Below the pieces are notes generated by a model. The model was not told where the DNA came from. It did no database searches and worked only from the letters and a program-made list of their open reading frames with translations. A program made the translations under genes and the position numbers. Source: Chlamydiia bacterium (GTDB lineage: Bacteria; Chlamydiota; Chlamydiia; Chlamydiales; JBMOFD01). From it: DNA of 24,087 nt. Below, piece by piece: positions 18,401 to 24,087 of the stretch (position 1 is its first letter; each line of letters opens with the position of its first letter). The stretch is taken from the NCBI GenBank assembly GCA_049314435.1, contig JBMOFD010000025.1:1-24087 (forward strand), in the 5' to 3' direction.

Positions 18401-20980
18401 GAAAGAGCTTGGGAAGCGATGCTCCAGCAAGCAGGGCGATTCGTAAGCCAACTCGTGCTGCAAACTTCCGACCTTGAAAAACGTCAGGAACTACGTGATA
18501 TCCAGAAGTTCTACGTAGACTCCTCGTCCATTCTACGAGCTCATCTCAACCCGGGACCTCCTGGAGTGGAACTCAGTGACGAAGCGCGCCAATCCTTGCA
18601 GCAGATCAAGACCGCTCTGTATGGACAATCTCAGCCCGCACCAGAAATTGGTCGAGAGCCGTTCGAGCTAGTGCAACATTTCCACGGATTCCACTCTAGG
18701 TACAACCTTCAGGGCATGTCCACCAACCTTGCGGATCTCTGCGAAAGGCAGCTCGCCGCACCTGAGGCTGTCTACCTACGCACAAGCCGAGAATTGACGG
18801 CTCAACTCTACAAGATGCAGAAAGAAGGCCGTATCCTCCCCGCACCCCTTCTCAACATTCTGGAGCGCTTAGAGAGCGTGGCCGACATGCAAGCTTCTGC
18901 AGAGGCTCCCGTTATCCTTCCCCCTCTCCTGCTCCTTCGCAAGCTCTCCATCGAGCTCGAACAGGCTCTAGCCATCGAGAACGTCCCTGATCCAGCAACC
19001 CCTGAAGAGGCCGAGCTGTTGCTACAACGGTCGAAAGCCTGCATCGCCCGGTTGAAGAAGCTGGAGCACAGTGTGACACCTGAGTCCGCTGCAACCATCA
19101 CCGAGGGCACTCAGCACCTGCTCAACATCCTGCGCGGCTCCACGACTGAGCAAGCTGCTCTGGTGGAGACCATGAACAAGGCCGCCCACATACAGGCGAG
19201 TCTGGATCATACGCTTGCTCACTTGGAAGCTACCGCCGAAAAGATCGCGCAGCTGTCACACGAGGGAACGCTTCTTACGAATGGACTCTCTCAGAGGTAT
19301 CAAGAGCAGCTCGCCGCCCTGTTGGCAGAACTGACCGAAACAGACCGAGAACTAGAGACCATTGGTGAGCACTGGGACGCGGTGGCGTCGATAGCGGCCC
19401 TGACCGACCCGCAGCCACGCCAACTCATCTCTCAAGCCGAAGTCGAAAGCGAACGTGACCGCATCCGAGAGCTTGCCGAACAGATCCGCCAGCTCCAGAG
19501 GACCGCTCCCTCCGTAGAGCAAAAAGCAATACGTGAGGGGCTGGACCAGCTCGAAGATACCTTACTGAATCTAAGCCGAGGCTGTTCTGATACTGATACC
19601 GAGCGGTCCGCTCTGACGAAAATAGGAAAAGAGGCTTACCTACGACGTCAGCTACGCAAGCTCTCCGTCAGCAAGGAACAGCGCGATACCCTCATGGGCT
19701 TTGCCCCCTGGAAAGCGTTGCAAGACTTGCTCTCTAGTCGCCATGCCACGGCCGATCTGATTCTCACGACCTATGATGCTGTGGTTGCGCAATGGTTCAC
19801 AGACCCCATGATACTTAGCGCGTTTTCGAGCCGGAGCCACGCAGCCTTTGGCAGCCGTCTTCAGAGGATCAAAACGCAGATCGCCACCATCGAATCCCCC
19901 ACCCACCTGGCTGATGTGTCTAAGGCGCGTGAGGACTTGAAGAAGCTCATGTCCAAGAAGGTCGGCCCACCTGATCTTCGCAAACAACTACTCAAGATCT
20001 TGGCCGACTCCAAGTTCCTTACAGCCCGTCAAATCGGATCTGCCCTTCTGAACCTTGCCCAGTACCGTAAGAGCTTTGACGCCGCCTGGAGTGATCAGTT
20101 TCACCAACTAGTTTCTCAGCAAAGAGCTCTTGTTGGATCCGCAACAGCAGTTGAACAACATGCTACCTCATTAGCTGGACAACTCCGGCAGTCATGGGCG
20201 GCTATTGCTCCAGAGGCAGACATGGCTGGGGTCACGATCGTGGGTCATGGCAACTCCATCCTTCGCCTTATCTTAGATCGGATGGACACGGTGAGTGCAA
20301 CCTCCGAAGAGGCCTTCCGTCTTCTCCCTCCGCCTGTGCGATACGAAGACGAGAAGTGGATTGCTCAGAAACCTCTGCACCCTCACTTGCAAACTATCTT
20401 GAATGATCTCGTGACCAAGACGCTACCGCATCTGGAACTACCAGGCGTCGGCGGACCCTGCCCCAAAGGCGAGGATCCTGACGCCTATAGCCTCCGCCAG
20501 ATCCGTAAGGTCCTTGAGCTCTGCACAGAGGGCGGCGTATCGGTCTATGGCCAACAAAGACTCAAGCCCGTGCTGCAGATCCTCGGGGACCAGACTCTCC
20601 TGCGCTCCGTCTTCGACCTGGGAGTCACCCTCTTTGCTCAACATCGTCGCGGTACTCTCCCCATCATTGAGGATGGGTACATCTACGAACCGGCTGCCGG
20701 GACCGACGAACTGGATGTCGAAGCCGAGGACGCTGGGCAAGATGCAGCAGTTCCCGCTGAATCGGCACAACTCCCCTCTGCTGTGGACGATGTAGTTGGT
20801 TCGGGGGAATTGAACGAGGCAAGGCCGTCACTGCCCGAGGAGGCTGAGAACTCAGCGAGCGTTGCTGGGCAAGCTGCGGTCGTTGAATCCGATGCGTCGT
20901 CCGTCGATGAGCCGGATGCTGCTGCGGGCAGCGATGCTGACTCTGTGGCATCGGAAGCGGCGGGGATTGGCCGGTTCTAA
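15461..20980 (+). CDS. Large hypothetical protein, 1839 aa; candidate membrane-inserting type III effector
   Basis: S/P-rich N-terminus MSSPILPAGSNPSS. Gly/Ala/Val/Thr-rich hydrophobic region at about aa 100-350, a further TM-like segment YALLVVPASVSFGALWLL, helical/coiled-coil middle, and acidic disordered tail. It has its own promoter and terminator. Confidence 0.85.
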   Translation: MSSPILPAGSNPSSGLSHVDLIAPPPVSAPPVPVESAVIPNGANGDPSQPVSPPPKQGWYAWGKDMLSKGGRVGYQVALKTSQVGGSVVRGYRHLPGFIQRGIEITAATAVLGPVAGVVVPTVSRVVDALLHANPTQAGREALYGVMTGAVGVGGGEVAGGTATISLIGQAVGEGTKQILDHTLPDYVQTTIKLGGCATVVGAQALKTEFEQLSPTTQALLGTAVGMTVAGPLWGGGLIPLMRFVHAAADDHHEEAVQHGGMAVVQAAAGSLVSAVVSVGVPLAAQAIGNATIQTGITSTASAISTSVGMAADAIGNSIGVITGGPTVAGIVTGGMISGGPTVSGILAGGMIAEESYRMGKRLVQKGKDLAEQAVVAIGRPIVTFNEYRTAYWDHPTKGPAIRELLGKTGPELGAQIIGAIPKAGPIEEILSRQEREATVEELRVKQTEALSRFQDCTALFGAMAAAVFTLKPKAADGAAAPAEASTMDDVLDCFKAAQAGYPRWNSWHEAQRLVLLGHRRDDVALEEDLRVPEGVDLSPAAVKGRCETFMLQMLKEKYQLGWIKRRIAKRMFTVLHLLLEGNLREVGGKLTDMLQKGTSHDGAKKLVEALQLVVHALQGKLHQHENAIGDFARTNQAHAGDAANATENRLSTFLNQILSSDELNGGMSESERQAELTNSLVDLFCPKLLNLSTRCLAFVKSPAGDSVGSRIKYALLVVPASVSFGALWLLEQVLNPLARSLFRSIFKWFGLLTTVREQVVGMLGSPTGTNGAHELSCLAKLPGLGNIGSALLDGLTTAWETAAVTLHEMAEENSVEGPNGVVGIKASLDRLRDKGDVPLVVSDQLTHESREIVSHLLNLSRVNGHESPAEVQAALGDQSESLGRFAENIRTLMDISIDSKIVDGLVMPNMDVILRAILQRILHNERFRLNPVVAVLESVNKMYATDFKDPEPPPVVQDPQPAQANAAAPQVLNASIQKYERAWEAMLQQAGRFVSQLVLQTSDLEKRQELRDIQKFYVDSSSILRAHLNPGPPGVELSDEARQSLQQIKTALYGQSQPAPEIGREPFELVQHFHGFHSRYNLQGMSTNLADLCERQLAAPEAVYLRTSRELTAQLYKMQKEGRILPAPLLNILERLESVADMQASAEAPVILPPLLLLRKLSIELEQALAIENVPDPATPEEAELLLQRSKACIARLKKLEHSVTPESAATITEGTQHLLNILRGSTTEQAALVETMNKAAHIQASLDHTLAHLEATAEKIAQLSHEGTLLTNGLSQRYQEQLAALLAELTETDRELETIGEHWDAVASIAALTDPQPRQLISQAEVESERDRIRELAEQIRQLQRTAPSVEQKAIREGLDQLEDTLLNLSRGCSDTDTERSALTKIGKEAYLRRQLRKLSVSKEQRDTLMGFAPWKALQDLLSSRHATADLILTTYDAVVAQWFTDPMILSAFSSRSHAAFGSRLQRIKTQIATIESPTHLADVSKAREDLKKLMSKKVGPPDLRKQLLKILADSKFLTARQIGSALLNLAQYRKSFDAAWSDQFHQLVSQQRALVGSATAVEQHATSLAGQLRQSWAAIAPEADMAGVTIVGHGNSILRLILDRMDTVSATSEEAFRLLPPPVRYEDEKWIAQKPLHPHLQTILNDLVTKTLPHLELPGVGGPCPKGEDPDAYSLRQIRKVLELCTEGGVSVYGQQRLKPVLQILGDQTLLRSVFDLGVTLFAQHRRGTLPIIEDGYIYEPAAGTDELDVEAEDAGQDAAVPAESAQLPSAVDDVVGSGELNEARPSLPEEAENSASVAGQAAVVESDASSVDEPDAAAGSDADSVASEAAGIGRF
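16424..16516 (+). repeat. In-frame 45-bp tandem duplication
   Basis: Encodes ITGGPTVAGIVTGGM / ISGGPTVSGILAGGM. The DNA units start at 16424 and 16469. Confidence 0.9.
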
Positions 20981-20998
20981 CCGACCACAAAGTCGGAT

Positions 20999-21040
20999 AA
21001 CAGGGCGTAGGCTGCCCGGGCCTACGCCCTGTTTTTCTTT
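20999..21040 (+). terminator. Rho-independent terminator
   Basis: AACAGGGCGTAGGC-7 nt-GCCTACGCCCTGTT stem followed by TTTCTTT, 18 nt after the stop codon. Confidence 0.9.
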
Positions 21041-21114
21041 GTCCCGCTCCATGTGCTATGCTGTGGCCCGGCACCTCGATCACTCCTTGGATCCCGGTCG
21101 GTGCTTAGGAGCCC

Positions 21115-22137
21115 ATGCCTGCCCCACTCGTCGACATTCAATCGCTCTCTGTCCGCTATCCAGGCGCACCCTCCAAGGCACCCTTCGCTCTCGACAACGT
21201 CTCTCTCTCCATCTTTCCCGGGGAGATCTGCGGCATCATTGGACAGAGCGGCGCTGGCAAGTCGACCTTGGTTCGCTGTCTGGCCAGTCTATTGCAACCG
21301 GAGATGGGCCGGATCCTCTATCGAGGGGAAGAGATCATAGGACTATCAGGGGAGAAGCTCCGCGCCTATCGCCGTCAGATTGGCATGGTCTTCCAGCACT
21401 TCAACCTCCTCTCTTCCAGAACCGTTTCGCAAAACGTAGCCTATCCGCTCGAGATCGCTGAACTGCCTCAAGATCGCGTTGATGATCTTCTCAGGCTGGT
21501 CGGTCTCTATCACAAACGAGATGCCTACCCAGCCGAACTAAGCGGCGGAGAGAAGCAGCGCGTGGGCATTGCCCGTGCCCTAGCCGCCCAACCCGATCTC
21601 CTCCTCTGCGATGAGGCCACCTCCGCTCTCGATCCAACGACCACTCGCGAGATCCTAGCCCTGCTCAAAGAGATCAATCGCTCCATGGGCGTCACGATCA
21701 TCTTGATCACCCATGAAATGGATGTCGTCCGGCAGATCTGTCATCGAGTGGCCGTCTTAGAACATGGGCGCATCATCGAAATGGGCTCGACGCTGGAGAC
21801 GTTTGCGCACCCGCAGCATGCAGTCACACGCGCCTTCCTCCAGCACACCAGTCATGAACTCCCCATTGAAGTCACAGAACGCTCCTCTCCAGGATGCAAA
21901 CTCCTGGAGCTGCGCTTCACTGGACATGCTGCCGAGGCTCCCATCATCTCTGAGATCATCACGCGCTATCATGTCTCTGCAAACATCCTCATGGGCTGGA
22001 TCGACCGTGTTCAATCCTCGATGGTTGGCATGCTAACGATCGAGCTGACAGGGACTCCAGAAAACGTTTCGGATGCCCTGTGTTACCTTCAACAGCAGGG
22101 CATCTCGTGCCGGGAGATTCATCATCATGGACAATGA
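21115..22137 (+). CDS. metN: Methionine ABC transporter ATP-binding protein
   Basis: GQSGAGKST, IGMVFQHFNLLSSRTV, LSGGEKQRVGIARALA, LLCDEATSALDP, and a C-terminal NIL-type domain (SANILMG). AGGAG RBS. Confidence 0.95.
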   Translation: MPAPLVDIQSLSVRYPGAPSKAPFALDNVSLSIFPGEICGIIGQSGAGKSTLVRCLASLLQPEMGRILYRGEEIIGLSGEKLRAYRRQIGMVFQHFNLLSSRTVSQNVAYPLEIAELPQDRVDDLLRLVGLYHKRDAYPAELSGGEKQRVGIARALAAQPDLLLCDEATSALDPTTTREILALLKEINRSMGVTIILITHEMDVVRQICHRVAVLEHGRIIEMGSTLETFAHPQHAVTRAFLQHTSHELPIEVTERSSPGCKLLELRFTGHAAEAPIISEIITRYHVSANILMGWIDRVQSSMVGMLTIELTGTPENVSDALCYLQQQGISCREIHHHGQ

Positions 22138-22810
22138 CTCCCTCGCTCTTGCATGGGCACTCCTCCCTAAGGCGTGCTTAGAGACACTCTATATGACCTT
22201 TTTCTCTGGGCTCTTCGCCACACTGCTGGGTCTTCCTATGGGTATTGTGCTCATGTTGACCAGAAGAGGTCATCTGTTAGCATGTCCTCCCTTCTATAGG
22301 ACCCTGGAAGCCATCGTGAACGTGGGGCGCTCCTTTCCCTTTGCGATCCTGATGGTTGCCCTCATTCCTATTACACGCTGGATCGTGGGCACGAGCTTGG
22401 GCACAACAGCGGCTATCATACCGCTGACGATTGCAGCCGCGCCCTTTGTGGCCCGTCTTGTGGAGACCAGTCTCAGTAAGGTCGATCGGCATATGGTCGA
22501 GGCCTCTATGGTGATGGGCTCCACTGTTCCCCAAATGGTCCTGAAGGTGTTTCTGCCAGAGGCATTGCCTGCTCTTGTGGCCGACATCACTCTCACCCTT
22601 GTGAACCTGGTTGGCTATAGTGCGATGGCCGGCCTAATCGGTGGCGGTGGCCTGGGTCAGGTGGCCATCCAATATGGGTACCACCGCTTCAACACCCCCA
22701 TCATGATTCTCACAGTGATCCTACTTGTGATCATCGTACAAGGCATCCAGTGGATCGGACATCGTTTAGCTACTTCCATCCTTGTAAAGAGAGGCCTTCG
22801 TCATGGCTAA
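22127..22810 (+). CDS. metI: Methionine ABC transporter permease
   Basis: ETLYMT, NVGRSFPFAILMVALIP, GTSLGTTAAIIPL, and VGYSAMAGLIGGGGLG. Start at ATG 22127 overlaps the metN end, with GGGAG upstream. Confidence 0.95.
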   Translation: MDNDSLALAWALLPKACLETLYMTFFSGLFATLLGLPMGIVLMLTRRGHLLACPPFYRTLEAIVNVGRSFPFAILMVALIPITRWIVGTSLGTTAAIIPLTIAAAPFVARLVETSLSKVDRHMVEASMVMGSTVPQMVLKVFLPEALPALVADITLTLVNLVGYSAMAGLIGGGGLGQVAIQYGYHRFNTPIMILTVILLVIIVQGIQWIGHRLATSILVKRGLRHG

Positions 22811-23600
22811 GCGCACCACCTGCATCGCTCCCCTACTCTTCTGGTGCGCCTGCGCCATTTTTCACGGTTGTAGCTCGTCTCCACCAGGCCTGAAAGTAGC
22901 CGCCAGTTCGGTGCCTCATGCTGAGCTCCTAGAGGCGGTACGGCCGACACTAGAGGCCCAAGGCATCCCCCTCACGGTGATCATCACAGATGATTACAAC
23001 ACGCCCAACCGCGCTCTGGCCGAGGGCGAGGTCCGTGCCAACTTCTTCCAGCATGCGCCGTTCTTAGAAGCTCAGGTCAAAGAATTCCACTACCCTTTGG
23101 TGAACTTCGCCACGATCGAACTCGAGCCGATGGGTATTTACTCGGCGACGCTGACAGATCTTCATTCAATGCCCGATGGATCCCTGGTGGCGATTCCAAA
23201 TGACCCCTCTAATGAAGGAAGGGCCCTTCTTCTGTTGCAGCATCAGGGATTGCTTGGTCTCAGGCGAGGATCTGGGCTCTTTGCCACGGTGAACGATGTT
23301 TCCCACAACCCTCGTCATCTACGCTTTGTGGAGATCGACGCGGCCATGCTCCCTCGGACCTTGCAGGATGTCTCCATCGCGGTCATCAACACGAACTACG
23401 CCCTAGAAGCGGGGCTCTCCCCTACCAAAAATGCCCTGGTCCTGGAGGGTCCCGACTCTCCCTACGCCAATATCTTGGTCGTCCAAAGCGGCACAGAAAA
23501 TGACCCTCAGCTTCAAGCTCTCAAGGATGCTCTAACCTCCGATGCCATGCGCTCCTTCATCAAGGATCGCTATCAGGGCGCCGTGATCCCAGCTTTCTAG
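22803..23600 (+). CDS. metQ: MetQ/NlpA-family methionine-binding lipoprotein
   Basis: Lipobox-like FHGC, VPHAELL, DYNTPNRAL, ANFFQHAPFL, IPNDPSNEGRALLLL, and SPYANILVV. It overlaps the metI stop. Confidence 0.95.
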   Translation: MAKRTTCIAPLLFWCACAIFHGCSSSPPGLKVAASSVPHAELLEAVRPTLEAQGIPLTVIITDDYNTPNRALAEGEVRANFFQHAPFLEAQVKEFHYPLVNFATIELEPMGIYSATLTDLHSMPDGSLVAIPNDPSNEGRALLLLQHQGLLGLRRGSGLFATVNDVSHNPRHLRFVEIDAAMLPRTLQDVSIAVINTNYALEAGLSPTKNALVLEGPDSPYANILVVQSGTENDPQLQALKDALTSDAMRSFIKDRYQGAVIPAF

Positions 23601-23729
23601 TTGGGAACCGCCTCGGGTCATGGTTTCTTTTGCCACAACCCCATGAAGGCCCTTTGTCGCGCCTATTGACTTCGCCTAAACAACGGAATAACAGTGGGTT
23701 AGAATCTAAAACCTAGTCGGAGCAAAACG

Positions 23730-24074
23730 ATGAAAGCTAAGGTCATGATATTGGGTGTGCTGTGCATTTTGGGAACAACGGGCTACGCTTGCTGCGGGAA
23801 AGACGTAGTATGTGCCGATTTTTCTGAAGGCAAGCCCCTTGTCAACGCTGATGGGAAAATGACTCGTATGTATTCAGACGGTTGCAGTCGACCGGGCACC
23901 TCGGCCGCTCATTCTGATGGCGGGCACCGGACCGTTACCTGCGCATGCCATATAAGGTCGGATGGAACGTTTGAATATGCCCGAGACCGAAAACATGGTG
24001 ACAAAGACGGCTGCAGCGACCTGTGTCCACTACTGCCTAAGGGCTCTGCTGATCGTAGAAGAGCTTCCATCTAA
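23730..24074 (+). CDS. Small cysteine-rich exported protein (114 aa)
   Basis: GGAG RBS and signal peptide MKAKVMILGVLCILGTTGYA. There are 9 Cys, 8 of them after the signal, and DGCS occurs twice. Confidence 0.7.
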   Translation: MKAKVMILGVLCILGTTGYACCGKDVVCADFSEGKPLVNADGKMTRMYSDGCSRPGTSAAHSDGGHRTVTCACHIRSDGTFEYARDRKHGDKDGCSDLCPLLPKGSADRRRASI

Positions 24075-24087
24075 GTAGATAGGCTCT

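Noticed and set aside
21041..21114. SAM riboswitch or T-box upstream of metNIQ
   Set aside because: Only about 75 nt lie between the terminator and the start, and I recognise no SAM-I/II or T-box consensus. There is just an extended -10 (TGCTATGCT, 21054-21062) and a weak hairpin.

Overview
Bacterial genomic window, roughly 55-60% GC by eye. It is most likely from an environmental member of the Chlamydiota, inferred from the chlamydial-style TrmB, an Inc-like bilobed membrane protein and several orphans with S/P-rich N-termini. Recognisable housekeeping genes are recF, pgi, trmB and the metNIQ methionine ABC importer. They are interleaved with orphan, probably host-interaction or envelope genes: a 799-aa helical-repeat protein, a tandem-duplicated pair of small candidate type III effectors with their upstream DNA, an Inc candidate, a ~2047-aa exported coiled-coil protein ending in a LysM domain, a 1839-aa candidate effector with a Gly-zipper hydrophobic domain, and a small Cys-rich exported protein. 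Non-coding signals include an IS-end/MITE-like repeat cluster at the window start, an anti-Shine-Dalgarno switch-like leader before pgi, a TTAA-N7-TTAA motif in two AT-rich promoters, and two strong hairpins. No rRNA, tRNA or CRISPR array was seen. All orphan functions are inferences; no database searches were run.
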